DNA of 64,000 nucleotides from Anaerolineales bacterium (GCA_043788255.1 JAYVUA010000080.1:7488-71487), one strand, 5' to 3'; positions 28,437 through 38,796 are shown, counted from the stretch's first letter. Notes: generated by a model from the letters alone, not told the origin. Numbers and translations: made by a program.

Positions 28437-28452
28437 TAAGCAGAATTGCCTA
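28437..28452. promoter_or_regulatory. 7-2-7 operator copy (TAAGCAGAATTGCCTA) in divergent intergenic region
   Basis: 79 bp upstream of 28358 and 70 bp upstream of 28522. Confidence 0.72.
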
Positions 28453-28521
28453 TCGGTTTCATGGCAATCTGGCGCAAGACGTTTGGATCCATAAAAGCTA
28501 TGATCAGTAAAAAGGAGATTA

Positions 28522-28995
28522 ATGGTGAAACGTTTTCTAATTCCCCTCGCGGCTTTCCTGATCGGTTCGACCCTCATTGCGACATTCTATATCGGCATTC
28601 TCACTTGGGCGCAGGGTTGGGACTACGCTTCCTCGCAACTCGCGCGTGACCGTTGGTATGTTATCCCGATCATCGTCTGCTTCGGGGTTCAAGCCGCCTT
28701 GTATACCATATTGCGATTTCGTCTCTTCATTCCAATATCATCCACAGGTCATGCAGGTTCCATGATGGGCGCAAGCGGAGGTACATCCGCCACTGCAATG
28801 ATTGCCTGTTGCATTCATCATGTCACCGATGTTCTCCCTATTCTTGGACTGAGCGCGGCGGCGAGTTTTCTAACCCGCTATCAGCGCCCGTTCATGCTTG
28901 TAGGCCTAACCATGAACCTGATTGGAATTGGAGTCATGCTCTTTGTGCTTTATCGTGAACGACAGAAACTTCAACCTATTCTGGAAACAATATGA
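28522..28995 (+). CDS. Hypothetical membrane protein with CCxHH motif
   Basis: Four hydrophobic segments; AMIACCIHHVTD; RBS aaggag. Confidence 0.8.
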   Translation: MVKRFLIPLAAFLIGSTLIATFYIGILTWAQGWDYASSQLARDRWYVIPIIVCFGVQAALYTILRFRLFIPISSTGHAGSMMGASGGTSATAMIACCIHHVTDVLPILGLSAAASFLTRYQRPFMLVGLTMNLIGIGVMLFVLYRERQKLQPILETI

Positions 28996-29468
28996 AACGA
29001 ATTCTTTTACCTATATTTTTGATTTTATCCCTTGTACTTAGCGCATGTTCTGTGACTTCGACCTCGCTTCCAACCGACCCTCAGCCTGATGCCGTTTCGA
29101 CGGATTCTTCCTCCCCTTCAAACGACTCTGCCATGCGTATTGACCAGCAAGGGGCAATTATCTTTGAAATCACGCCGCTCAATCTTCGCGCGCCAACTGA
29201 CACACTCGAGTTCGATGTAGTGATGACTACTCACTCCATAGACTTGATTATGGACCTTGCAAAGTTATCCACCCTCACCACCGACACAGGAGTCAGCGTA
29301 GATGCAACTGTCTGGGACGCACCGCTCGGCGGTCATCACGTGGAAGGCAAGCTAATCTTTCCCACGACCAAAGATGGCAAGTCCATCCTCGAAGGCGCAA
29401 CAAAACTTACACTCACAATCATTAATGTTGACTCCCCTTCTCGTATCTTTGAATGGGAGTTGAAATAA
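28992..29468 (+). CDS. Hypothetical lipoprotein
   Basis: LSAC lipobox; THSIDL and GGHH motifs. Confidence 0.8.
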   Translation: MKRILLPIFLILSLVLSACSVTSTSLPTDPQPDAVSTDSSSPSNDSAMRIDQQGAIIFEITPLNLRAPTDTLEFDVVMTTHSIDLIMDLAKLSTLTTDTGVSVDATVWDAPLGGHHVEGKLIFPTTKDGKSILEGATKLTLTIINVDSPSRIFEWELK

Positions 29469-29491
29469 AAAATCCACAAAAGGAGATAATC

Positions 29492-29722
29492 ATGAACAAG
29501 AAACATATGCTAATTATGCTCATCTGCTGCTTGCTTCCAATTGCAGGCTTTGCCGCGGTTTTTCTTTTCAAGATTCCACTGAACACGGCATTACTTGTAG
29601 GGCTGGCGTTACTTTGTCCATTATCGCACCTGCTCATGATGGGACAGATGAGGCACGATCACGGAAACGAACCGCACGCCGTTCACGTCCATGTTGAATC
29701 TGATAGTAAGAAAAAGTTATAA
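29492..29722 (+). CDS. DUF2933-like small membrane protein
   Basis: HMLIMLICC...[11 protein letters not shown]...HDH; RBS aaggag. Confidence 0.8.
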   Translation: MNKKHMLIMLICCLLPIAGFAAVFLFKIPLNTALLVGLALLCPLSHLLMMGQMRHDHGNEPHAVHVHVESDSKKKL

Positions 29723-30806
29723 CCCTATCTCGCGCCGTGACTTTCTCAAGCTCGCCTCGCTTGGGGCAAGTGCAATTGCCCTTCGCCCGTTTGCAAAACT
29801 GGACCTGCCTGAGTTCCCTCAGGCTGATTTACTGGGTCGCGTCACAGTTGGCAAAGTGGATGTCTTCGTGCGACCCGACGCGAACAGCCAGATCATTGGT
29901 GCTTTATATGAAGATAATGTCGTGCCGTGGCTTCGCGAATCGGTGGGGATAATGCCTGGGCGTATCAATCAACGTTGGGTGGAGACTCCCTATGGATTCA
30001 TCTGGGGTGGAAATCTGCAGCCCGTTTACAATCAACCAAACGTGGCTATGGACACACTGCCATTTACAAGTCTGGGAATAGGGATGTGGGTGGAGGTCAC
30101 GATCCCGTATGTGGACTTAATTCTCGACAACCCACCCTCACGCGCTCCCTGGCTTCAATATCGTGAATCGATTGGATTGCCCGCACGCTTTGTCTACAGT
30201 CAGATCGTCTGGGTAGATCAGATCCGCACCGACGAGGCTGGAAAGATCTGGTACCGACTCAACGAAAAATATGGCTCAGGTGATTTGTTCTGGGGTCCCG
30301 CTGAAGCCTTTCGACCTTTAACTTCGGATGAAATATCCCCCATCAACCCACTTGCGGAAGAAAAACGAATCGTTGTCAATATTGATTATCAAACCTTATC
30401 CTGCTTTGAGGGTGAAAACGAAGTTCATTTTGCGCGCATTTCGAGTGGCGCATTGTATGATGCTTGGGGTAATCGCGTGGATGTATGGGAGACGCCCGTT
30501 GGAGAATTCCCCATCTGGCGTAAAGCCATATCTTTACCATTGAGTGGAGGTAGTTCCTCGGCAGGTTGGAGTCTACCGGCTGTAGGATGGGTCAGCCTAT
30601 TCGTTGGGTCGGGGGTTGCAATTCACTCGACGTATTTGCATAACAATTATGGTGAGCCGTCTTCACGCGGGTGTGTCAATGCAAGCCCGGAAGATGCGAA
30701 ATGGCTTTTCCGATGGAGTCAACCTGATGTAACTTATGATCCTGGTGATCTCACGGTAGAAATGCCTGGCGGAACGAAAGTCAGTGTGATGAAGAAAGAA
30801 ACATAA
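29691..30806 (+). CDS. L,D-transpeptidase (YkuD) with Tat signal; start uncertain
   Basis: SRRDFLK; catalytic AIHSTY...SSRGCVN. Confidence 0.85.
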   Translation: MLNLIVRKSYNPISRRDFLKLASLGASAIALRPFAKLDLPEFPQADLLGRVTVGKVDVFVRPDANSQIIGALYEDNVVPWLRESVGIMPGRINQRWVETPYGFIWGGNLQPVYNQPNVAMDTLPFTSLGIGMWVEVTIPYVDLILDNPPSRAPWLQYRESIGLPARFVYSQIVWVDQIRTDEAGKIWYRLNEKYGSGDLFWGPAEAFRPLTSDEISPINPLAEEKRIVVNIDYQTLSCFEGENEVHFARISSGALYDAWGNRVDVWETPVGEFPIWRKAISLPLSGGSSSAGWSLPAVGWVSLFVGSGVAIHSTYLHNNYGEPSSRGCVNASPEDAKWLFRWSQPDVTYDPGDLTVEMPGGTKVSVMKKET

Positions 30807-31084
30807 TTTTCCATAATACCATTTACCCACGGCTGATATGGTTCGAAACACAAAGTGGCACTTGTGACTAAAGAATGTATTGCCATTCAAGACATCAGTG
30901 ACATCTATATGATAATTTACGATGAATAGCATAAATCTATAAAACCGAACGCTCTAAAATAAACATGGGATTAAATAATACAAAAATCTTAATTCATTGC
31001 TAAAGAAAAACTCTATAAACCTATCTGGCGCATGTTGTCTTTTGATACTAAAGTGTATGCACATACTTTCAAAAGCGGCTGGTC

Positions 31085-32386
31085 ATGCACATCTACTGTC
31101 TCGGACTCAATCACAACACCACTCCCATCGAACTTCGTGAGCAATTGTCACTCAGCGAAGATGCGATCCGTTCCGCACTGGCCCGCCTGGCTTGCGGACA
31201 TCTCGCCTCATCCATCGTGGAACTTGTCATCGTTTCCACATGCAATCGAATCGAACTATACGCTGCCTCCAGTCACATGGCAATTGCCGAACTGGAGGCT
31301 TTTTTGTCGAATGCCTGTGGTATTCCTGCGAAACAATTTAGTGCCCACGCATATCAATATGAAGATCTCGACACAGTTCGCCACCTCTTTGAAGTCGCCT
31401 CAGGGCTGGACTCGCTCGTCATCGGTGAACCACAAATTTTGGGGCAGATCGTCCGTACGCTGGAACTTTCACGTGGACAAAACATGGCGGGTCCCGTACT
31501 CAACCGCCTCTTCCAATCCGCCATCCATGCAGGCAAACGCGCCCGCACTGAAACGGGCATCAGCCGCAACCCTGCCTCGGTCTCTTCCCTCGCCGCGTCA
31601 CTGGTGGAAAGAGTCGTTCACCCCATTGCCGAAGCGCAGGTCGTCATCCTTGGCGCAGGCAAAATGGCGGAACTGGCAGTCGAAGCCTTGCGCAAGCGCG
31701 GAGCAAATCGCATTCTGGTTGTCAATCGTACCCTGGAACGCGCCCACGCCATCGCAAATCGTTGGGATGCAGAAATCACCACATTTGAAAACCTGGATGC
31801 TGCGCTGGTTTCTGCCGATATTCTAATCTCATCCACGGGCGCACCCCATACGATCCTATCCGCTGAGATGGTCAAACACTCGATGCGAGCGCGCGCGCAA
31901 CGTCCGCTGGTCTTGATCGACATCGCCGTGCCGCGCGATATTGACCCCGACACGGCCAACATCCCACATGTCAAACTGTATGACATCGACAACTTGAATG
32001 AAAAACTCGAAGGCGCGCTTGCCGAACGTATGGCAGAAGTGCCGCAGGTTAAGTTCATCCTCGCTGAAGAGATCAAGGAATTCGCAGGGTACATGAAATC
32101 ACTGGAGATGCTTCCGATCATCTCCGATATACGCCAACAAGCTGAAACCATCCGCCAGGCGATGCTCGAAAAGACCCTGCGCCGCCTGCCCGACCTAACC
32201 GAAGCCGAGCGTGCCCGCATCGAAGCCATGACTCAGGCGCTGGTGAAACAGATATTGCATGCCCCCACCAACCGTCTGCGTGCTGAGGCGGGATCATCCC
32301 GCGCGCCAGAATATGCGGCAGTCGCGCGGACGCTCTTCAATTTGTCTGATGAGCCAACAAACCCAATGTCCATTGCCGCCGACTAG
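31085..32386 (+). CDS. hemA: Glutamyl-tRNA reductase
   Basis: STCNRIE, GEPQILGQ, GAGKMA, DIAVPRDID. Confidence 0.97.
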   Translation: MHIYCLGLNHNTTPIELREQLSLSEDAIRSALARLACGHLASSIVELVIVSTCNRIELYAASSHMAIAELEAFLSNACGIPAKQFSAHAYQYEDLDTVRHLFEVASGLDSLVIGEPQILGQIVRTLELSRGQNMAGPVLNRLFQSAIHAGKRARTETGISRNPASVSSLAASLVERVVHPIAEAQVVILGAGKMAELAVEALRKRGANRILVVNRTLERAHAIANRWDAEITTFENLDAALVSADILISSTGAPHTILSAEMVKHSMRARAQRPLVLIDIAVPRDIDPDTANIPHVKLYDIDNLNEKLEGALAERMAEVPQVKFILAEEIKEFAGYMKSLEMLPIISDIRQQAETIRQAMLEKTLRRLPDLTEAERARIEAMTQALVKQILHAPTNRLRAEAGSSRAPEYAAVARTLFNLSDEPTNPMSIAAD

Positions 32387-32400
32387 AAAGCTATTCACCT

Positions 32401-33318
32401 ATGAAACTTATTTTCGCCACCCGCCCCTCCGCCCTTGCTCGCTGGCAAACCCAATGGGTTATCTCGGAATTACAAAAAAATCATTCATCTCTTGTCTGTG
32501 AAGAGAAGGTCATTACCACCCAAGGCGACAAAATTCTTGACAAGCCATTACCCGAAATTGGCGGCAAAGGCCTGTTCACGCAGGAACTTGAATCTGAATT
32601 GTTGAATGGCGAAGTTCATTGCGCTGTGCATTCATTGAAAGATTTGCCTGTTGAAAACCCCGCCGGATTAACAATCGGATGTATCCCTGCGCGCGCCGAA
32701 GTGCGTGATGCGTTGATTTCTAAAAATGGACATACCATCGCCACACTTTCAAAAGGCGCTTCAGTCGGGACCTCGAGCTTGCGCCGTGCTGCCCAGATCC
32801 TTTCCCTCCGCCCAGACGTGAAAACCGAATCTCTGCGCGGCAATGTGGACACCCGTCTGCGCAAAGCATTGGACGGTCAATATGACGCAATCATCCTCGC
32901 GGGTGCAGGATTAACTCGCTTGAGTTTGGATCAGCACGTGACGGAATGGCTGTCGCTGGATGTGATGCTTCCCGCGCCAGGACAAGGCGCGCTCGCCATT
33001 CAATGCCGCGCCGACGATCAGTCCACCCTCAACCTTCTTGCAAAACTTGAAGACGACTCTACCTGTAAATGTGTCACAGCCGAACGTGCTTTCCTGAGCG
33101 GACTTGGCGGAGGTTGTGCAGTGCCTGTAGCGGCTTACGCGGCCACTAGTGATCAGTCATCAGTGATTAGTCTAACGGGTTTGGTAATTTCATTAGATGG
33201 CAAACGAACTGTCAAAGTTTCAGGTGAAGGTAGCGACGTGCTTGAACTCGGAAAACACCTTGCTAATGAAGCCATCGCACGAGGCGCCAATGAAATTCTT
33301 GCCACCCCTTTGAATTAG
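32401..33318 (+). CDS. hemC: Hydroxymethylbilane synthase
   Basis: TRPSALARWQ, GKGLFT, HSLKD, RGNVDTRL, GGCAVP. Confidence 0.97.
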   Translation: MKLIFATRPSALARWQTQWVISELQKNHSSLVCEEKVITTQGDKILDKPLPEIGGKGLFTQELESELLNGEVHCAVHSLKDLPVENPAGLTIGCIPARAEVRDALISKNGHTIATLSKGASVGTSSLRRAAQILSLRPDVKTESLRGNVDTRLRKALDGQYDAIILAGAGLTRLSLDQHVTEWLSLDVMLPAPGQGALAIQCRADDQSTLNLLAKLEDDSTCKCVTAERAFLSGLGGGCAVPVAAYAATSDQSSVISLTGLVISLDGKRTVKVSGEGSDVLELGKHLANEAIARGANEILATPLN

Positions 33319-33335
33319 CACTGACACTTAAACAT

Positions 33336-34085
33336 ATGACACGCATTCTCATCACCCGCCCCCGTGCCCAAGCCAGCGACTTCGCAGAAAAACTACATTC
33401 AGCAGGCTTTGAACCGATATTTTTTCCTGTCATTGAGATCCTCCCAATTGAAGACAACGTCGCGCTTGAGAAGGCAATAGAGAAATTAAACTGCTATGAA
33501 TGGGCGGTGTTCACATCAGTCAATGCGGTGGAGGTGGTGTTCGACAAGTATTCCACCTTCTTTTCGGGAGGGGGGCTAGGAGTCAGGTTTGCCGCCATTG
33601 GACCGAAGACTGCCGAAGCCTTGCAAAAGCGTGGCATTACACCTGATTTTGTCCCTAAAGAATATGTAGCCGAAGCCATTTTGCCTGGGCTTGGTGATTT
33701 GAAAAATAAGTGGGTCTTGTTGCCGCGCGCGGAGATTGCGCGGCAGGAATTACCAGAAGCGATTTTAACAGCAGGCGGAATCGCACATGAGATCGTAGTG
33801 TATCGAACTCTTCCTGCAGAAATTGATATGGATGGACTCACCGCGCTGAAAATGGGTGTGGATATCATCACCTTTACCAGCGCATCTACGGTTAAAAATT
33901 TTGTCACTATTATGTGCCAAAACAAACTCGACCCATTGAACCTGCCGAATAATCCGTTGTTTGCCTGTATTGGTCCCATCACAGAACAAGCCGCGCGGGA
34001 AGAAGGATTGTTAAATCTTGTCGTTGCAAAAGAATATACAACTGAAGGTCTGATTCAAACCATAAGTAATTTGGAGAAACCATGA
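33336..34085 (+). CDS. hemD: Uroporphyrinogen-III synthase
   Basis: LITRP, FTSVNAV, AIGPKTA, FTSASTV. Confidence 0.93.
   Translation: MTRILITRPRAQASDFAEKLHSAGFEPIFFPVIEILPIEDNVALEKAIEKLNCYEWAVFTSVNAVEVVFDKYSTFFSGGGLGVRFAAIGPKTAEALQKRGITPDFVPKEYVAEAILPGLGDLKNKWVLLPRAEIARQELPEAILTAGGIAHEIVVYRTLPAEIDMDGLTALKMGVDIITFTSASTVKNFVTIMCQNKLDPLNLPNNPLFACIGPITEQAAREEGLLNLVVAKEYTTEGLIQTISNLEKP
33565..33587. repeat. Degenerate REP-like remnant in frame within hemD (SGGGLGVR)
   Basis: cgggaggggggctaggagtcagg resembles the element at 38008-38043. Confidence 0.4.
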
Positions 34086-35125
34086 CTCTACTTGATCTTG
34101 AAAAACAAAAAACAATCATTGATCATCGATCTCTGATTACTCGTCCACGCAGACTGCGCGCTACGCCTGCCATCCGCGCGATGGTGCGGGAGACGGAACT
34201 CAACGCGCGCGATTTTATCTATCCGCTGTTCGTGCGGCATGGGACGGGACGAACTGCCATAGGCTCGATGCCTGGCGTGTATCAACTGTCCGTGGTGGAA
34301 GCGGTTCGAGAAGCAGAAGCAGCTGCAAAGTCGGGTGTGAGCGCTGTTATCCTGTTTGGAATTCCAAAAGAGAAGGATCCGATCGGGCTGGAGAACTTTT
34401 CGGAAGATGGAATTGTCCAACAGGCAATTCGCGCGATCAAGAAGGAAATCCCAGAGATGGTGGTGGTGACGGATGTGTGTTTGTGCGAGTATACCGACCA
34501 CGGGCATTGCGGAATTTTGAACACAGGCGAACATTTTCATGCGGGGTTGCCCGAAGGCTATGTGTTAAACGACCCTACGCTGGATGTGTTGGCGAAGATT
34601 GCGATCTCACACGCTGAATGCGGCGCGGATATTGTTGCGCCGAGCGGCATGATGGATGGCATGGTGACAGCGATCCGCGATGGATTGGATTTTGCAGGTT
34701 ACGAAAATCTTCCGATTTTAAGTTATGCCGTGAAATATGCTTCCTCATTTTATGGGCCATTCCGTGATGCGGCGGAAGGCGCGCCAAAATTTGGAGATCG
34801 AAAATCACACCAGATGGATCCCGCCAATGTGCGTGAGGCGTTGCATGAAGCCGCAATTGATGTAGAGGAAGGCGTGGACATGTTGATGGTCAAGCCCGCG
34901 CTGGCATATCTGGATGTGATCCGCGTGGTGAAGGATGCGTACCCCGAAGTGCCGCTGGCAGCGTATAACGTCAGCGGTGAATACTCGATGATCAAAGCCG
35001 CTGCTGCGAATGGCTGGGTGGATGAAGAAAAAGTTACCCTGGAAACTTTGACTGCCATCAAGCGCGCGGGCGCCGATGTAATTATTACCTATCACGCCGT
35101 CGATGCGGCGAGATGGTTGAAGTAA
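34082..35125 (+). CDS. hemB: Porphobilinogen synthase (Zn-type)
   Basis: [35 protein letters not shown]. Confidence 0.97.
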   Translation: MTLLDLEKQKTIIDHRSLITRPRRLRATPAIRAMVRETELNARDFIYPLFVRHGTGRTAIGSMPGVYQLSVVEAVREAEAAAKSGVSAVILFGIPKEKDPIGLENFSEDGIVQQAIRAIKKEIPEMVVVTDVCLCEYTDHGHCGILNTGEHFHAGLPEGYVLNDPTLDVLAKIAISHAECGADIVAPSGMMDGMVTAIRDGLDFAGYENLPILSYAVKYASSFYGPFRDAAEGAPKFGDRKSHQMDPANVREALHEAAIDVEEGVDMLMVKPALAYLDVIRVVKDAYPEVPLAAYNVSGEYSMIKAAAANGWVDEEKVTLETLTAIKRAGADVIITYHAVDAARWLK

Positions 35126-35141
35126 TGGATTGGAGGAATCA

Positions 35142-36293
35142 ATGACAACAGTATCACCAAATTTAAATGAACGCGCTGCAGCTGAACGGTCACTTCACAA
35201 CGCACATATGGTGCAGGCAGATTTTAGTCAGGCTCCTTTTACGATTGCCTGGGAAGTAACACGTGCCTGCGCTTACGCATGCGTGCATTGCCGTGCCGAT
35301 GCGCTGCATGTCGCTGACCCAAATGAATTAAATACGGAAGAGTCTTTGCGGCTGATTGACCGTCTGGTTGAATTTGGTTCGCCGATCTTGATCTTCACGG
35401 GCGGTGACCCGATGATGCGCAAAGATTTGCATGAACTTATTTCTTATGCGACGCAAAAAGGTCTGCGCTGTTCGTTAACGCCAACTGCTACTGCCTTACC
35501 CACGACAGCACGACTTGAAAAAGTGCGCGATGCGGGTGTTCGCAGAATTGCGCTTTCATTAGATGCACCAACTGCAGAAATTCACGATAGCTTTCGGCAA
35601 GTGCAAGGCTCATGGCAGCGGACGATGGACATTTTGCGCCGCGCTCAATCCATTGGGATTAGTGTGCAGGTCAATACAACGGTTGCAAAACATAATGTGG
35701 ATATTCTGGCTGATATGGTTCCGTTCTTGCAGGAAGTAGGCGCGGTGCAATGGTCATTGTTTTTCCTTGTTCCTACAGGGCGCGCCCAAGTCAGCAATAT
35801 GATCTCTGCTGAACAACATGAACAGACTTTCAATTGGCTTTATGACCTCTCCAAGACTGCGCCATTTGATATTAAATCCACTGCCGCGCCGATGTATCGC
35901 CGCGTAGCGATCGAACGCAAACGCGCGGAGCAAGCTGATGGAACTCCTGTCACATTTCAAGGCGCGGGTTTCCAATACGCGGATGGGCTCAACCGCCCGA
36001 CGCGCGGCGTCAATGATGGCAACGGTTTTCTGTTCATTTCGCATGTCGGCGATATCCAGCCATCTGGCTTCTTGCCGCTCACAGCAGGGAATGTCCGCAC
36101 GGATGATGTCATCGATGTGTACCGTAACTCACAGCTTTTTACCGACCTACGTACTCCTGACAAGATCAAAGGGCGCTGCGGCATCTGTGAATACCGTGAT
36201 GTGTGCGGCGGTCAACGCGGGCGTGCATACGGCATCACGGGTGATTATCTTGAATCTGATCCAGCATGTTCATACATTCCAAAGGCGGCTTAA
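35142..36293 (+). CDS. Radical SAM/SPASM protein, AhbD/NirJ-like heme-biosynthesis family
   Basis: WEVTRACAYACVHCRA CxxxCxxC; C-terminal CGICEYRDVCGG.R.RA...C SPASM. Confidence 0.8.
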   Translation: MTTVSPNLNERAAAERSLHNAHMVQADFSQAPFTIAWEVTRACAYACVHCRADALHVADPNELNTEESLRLIDRLVEFGSPILIFTGGDPMMRKDLHELISYATQKGLRCSLTPTATALPTTARLEKVRDAGVRRIALSLDAPTAEIHDSFRQVQGSWQRTMDILRRAQSIGISVQVNTTVAKHNVDILADMVPFLQEVGAVQWSLFFLVPTGRAQVSNMISAEQHEQTFNWLYDLSKTAPFDIKSTAAPMYRRVAIERKRAEQADGTPVTFQGAGFQYADGLNRPTRGVNDGNGFLFISHVGDIQPSGFLPLTAGNVRTDDVIDVYRNSQLFTDLRTPDKIKGRCGICEYRDVCGGQRGRAYGITGDYLESDPACSYIPKAA

Positions 36294-36297
36294 TTAA

Positions 36298-36996
36298 ATG
36301 GACAACACCACCCCTGACGAAACTTTACACCGCACGCTCAATCATTATGCTTTGATTTCTTTCAAAGATGCTTACTGGTCTCTGCCTTCAAAAGAACGCG
36401 AAGAATTTCATACAAACTGGTTAAGTGGATTACGCGCCGCCGCACAAAAAGTGGATATCTTTCAAGCTACCGAGAGCGGCATTGACTTGATTGTCTGGTC
36501 TGCGCTTTCGGCAGATGACAAGCAGGATGCCGCAGTATTTTTTGAGAAATTTGCACTGGCAAGCAAACCTTATCGTCACTTAATCGAGATTAAAGATTCA
36601 CTATGGGGCTTCACGCGCCCATCGCAATATTCAAAGGCACGCTCCAAGCAGGAAATTGATCCATTTGCTGAAGAGCGCAAACCATACCTGATCATTTATC
36701 CATTCAGCAAAACAACCGAATGGTATTTGATGAGTCGCGAAGCACGTCAGGGCATGATGAACGAACACATCCGCCTTGGCAAACAATATGATGACATCAG
36801 CCAGCTTCTCCTATATTCATTCGGTTTGCAGAACCAGGAATTTGTAGTCGTGTATGAAACTGATGAACTGACCCGCTTTTCAGATCTTGTTAATGAATTG
36901 CGCGATACCGAAGCCCGCCGTTACACATTGCGCGATACCCCGCTCCACACCGTCATCTATCACCCCGCCGAGGAGACTTTATCCCTATGGAAATAA
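36298..36996 (+). CDS. chdC: Coproheme decarboxylase (ChdC/HemQ; chlorite dismutase family)
   Basis: YPFSK...WY...MMNEH...YSFGL..QEFVVVYE; position in the hem operon. Confidence 0.8.
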   Translation: MDNTTPDETLHRTLNHYALISFKDAYWSLPSKEREEFHTNWLSGLRAAAQKVDIFQATESGIDLIVWSALSADDKQDAAVFFEKFALASKPYRHLIEIKDSLWGFTRPSQYSKARSKQEIDPFAEERKPYLIIYPFSKTTEWYLMSREARQGMMNEHIRLGKQYDDISQLLLYSFGLQNQEFVVVYETDELTRFSDLVNELRDTEARRYTLRDTPLHTVIYHPAEETLSLWK

Positions 36997-38051
36997 GCCA
37001 GCGTTTTTTGCAAGCCTGTCATCGCGAGCCCGTGGATGTAACCCCAGTCTGGTTCATGCGTCAGGCAGGACGATACATGCCCGAATACCGCGCCATCCGC
37101 GAGAAATATTCACTGATCGAAATCTGTCAGCGCCCTGAAATTGCGGCAGAAGTCACCATGCAACCTGTCCGCGCTTTGGGCGTGGATGCGGCGATTCTTT
37201 TTGCAGATATTCTCCTGCCCGTGATTCCGCTCGGGCTTGGCTTGGAGTTTGCCAAAGGCGAGGGGCCAGTGATCGCATCGCCCGTGCGGACGCTGGAAGA
37301 TGTCCGCGCGATGAAGCCTTTCGACGCTGAATCAGATCTCGGCTACGTGATGGATGCGATCCGCATCCTGCGCGGGATCTTGGGCGGCGTGCCATTAATC
37401 GGCTTTTGTGGTGCTCCATTCACGGTTGCATCTTATATTATCGAAGGCGGATCATCGCGTGAATTCCTGAAAACCAAAACGATGATGTATTCCGCGCCCG
37501 AAGTTTTTCATGCCTTGATGGAAAAACTTTCAATTGTACTCAGTAATTACCTCGAGGCGCAAATTCATGCGGGTGCACAAGTTGTGCAAGTCTTTGACTC
37601 ATGGGTCGGTGCGTTGAGTCCGCAGGATTACGAGACTTTTGTTCTGCCCTATTCTCAAAAAGTTTTGAAAGCTGCCGAAGTACTGAGTGTGCCTGTGATT
37701 CATTTTGGGACAAACACCACAACCCTGTTGCCGTTGATGAAGCGTGCAGGTGGATCGGTCCTCGGCTTGGATTGGCGCTTGCCGCTCGATGATGGCTGGA
37801 AAATTATCGGTTACGACCGCGCTGTGCAAGGCAACCTTGACCCTGCTCTGTTGTTCGCTCCGCTCTCTGAAATCAAAATGCGTGTTCACGATATCCTGCG
37901 CCGCGCGGATGGCAGACTAGGTCACATCTTTAACTTGGGTCATGGCATTTTGCAGCACACACCTGTGGATAATGTCAAAGCTGTAGTGGATATAGTGCAT
38001 GAGTATTCCTCTCTCCCCGCGGGAGAGGGGTTAGGGGTGAGGGAAGCATAA
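36987..38051 (+). CDS. hemE: Uroporphyrinogen decarboxylase
   Basis: WFMRQAGRYMPEY, FADIL, HIFNLGHG. Confidence 0.97.
   Translation: MEISQRFLQACHREPVDVTPVWFMRQAGRYMPEYRAIREKYSLIEICQRPEIAAEVTMQPVRALGVDAAILFADILLPVIPLGLGLEFAKGEGPVIASPVRTLEDVRAMKPFDAESDLGYVMDAIRILRGILGGVPLIGFCGAPFTVASYIIEGGSSREFLKTKTMMYSAPEVFHALMEKLSIVLSNYLEAQIHAGAQVVQVFDSWVGALSPQDYETFVLPYSQKVLKAAEVLSVPVIHFGTNTTTLLPLMKRAGGSVLGLDWRLPLDDGWKIIGYDRAVQGNLDPALLFAPLSEIKMRVHDILRRADGRLGHIFNLGHGILQHTPVDNVKAVVDIVHEYSSLPAGEGLGVREA
38008..38043. repeat. REP-like palindromic element forming the hemE C-terminus
   Basis: cctctctccc-cgc-gggagagggg ttaggggtgaggg; encodes SLPAGEGLGVR. Confidence 0.6.
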
Positions 38052-38458
38052 TGAATTTCATCGGGGTGATTGCTGCACTGACTGCGTTCTTCAGTATTTG
38101 GTTCGGGCATGTCGCTGTGCGTAAAATTGAATTCATTTCGCGGACGATTTGGATTCCAACCGTAATCTTTGCGACACTTGGATTGATCGTGGAATTTCTG
38201 TCACTGTCCACTGTAAACCGTTCACTGTCAACTGCTTTTGGCATCCTTGGCATTACCCTGCTGTTCGACGCACTTGAATTTACCCGCCAACAACATCGCA
38301 TCGCAAGAGGGCATGCGCCTGCCAACCCCAATAATTCACGCCATGTAAAAATCCTTGCGACGCATCTTTCTGCAACCACCTTGGATTTACTCAAGCGTGA
38401 ACCTGTGGGACGAAACGTCTCACAGGACGAAGCCGTGAAACTGATTACTGGTCACTGA
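38051..38458 (+). CDS. DUF4491-like membrane protein
   Basis: MNFIG...WFGHVAVRKIEF; ELTRQQHRI..GHAP.NP pattern. Confidence 0.65.
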   Translation: MNFIGVIAALTAFFSIWFGHVAVRKIEFISRTIWIPTVIFATLGLIVEFLSLSTVNRSLSTAFGILGITLLFDALEFTRQQHRIARGHAPANPNNSRHVKILATHLSATTLDLLKREPVGRNVSQDEAVKLITGH

Positions 38459-38463
38459 TCACT

Positions 38464-38796
38464 ATGAATTATTTCGGCATTCTACTTGGCATTGCAACTT
38501 TGCTTATCATGGGGCTGGGTTTTCCGCTTGTGATTCGTGGTGAAAGATATCTTGGCTTTTTATGGTGGCCCTACATGATGGGTGCTGGGCTCATTATGAT
38601 TTTCGCATCTCTTTTCATCTCTACAAACTGGCTATCGGTTGTAGTGGGTGTCTTGGGTGCGACTTTTGTTTGGGGCCCAACTGAACTCAAGGAACAAGCC
38701 GTGCGTACTGAACTCGGCTGGTTTCCCTTTAATGGAAACAAGATCACGCCACCCTTTAAAAATATTATTGAGAAATGGAGAGCACCACACTTATGA
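38464..38796 (+). CDS. DUF4491-like membrane protein (tandem paralog)
   Basis: MNYFG...GFPLVIRGE; ELKEQAVR...GWFPFN. Confidence 0.7.
   Translation: MNYFGILLGIATLLIMGLGFPLVIRGERYLGFLWWPYMMGAGLIMIFASLFISTNWLSVVVGVLGATFVWGPTELKEQAVRTELGWFPFNGNKITPPFKNIIEKWRAPHL

Noticed and set aside
31037-31076. Imperfect palindrome upstream of hemA as a Rex/Fur/Fnr site
   Set aside because: It does not match those consensus sequences well enough, and no clear 7-2-7 box was seen there either.
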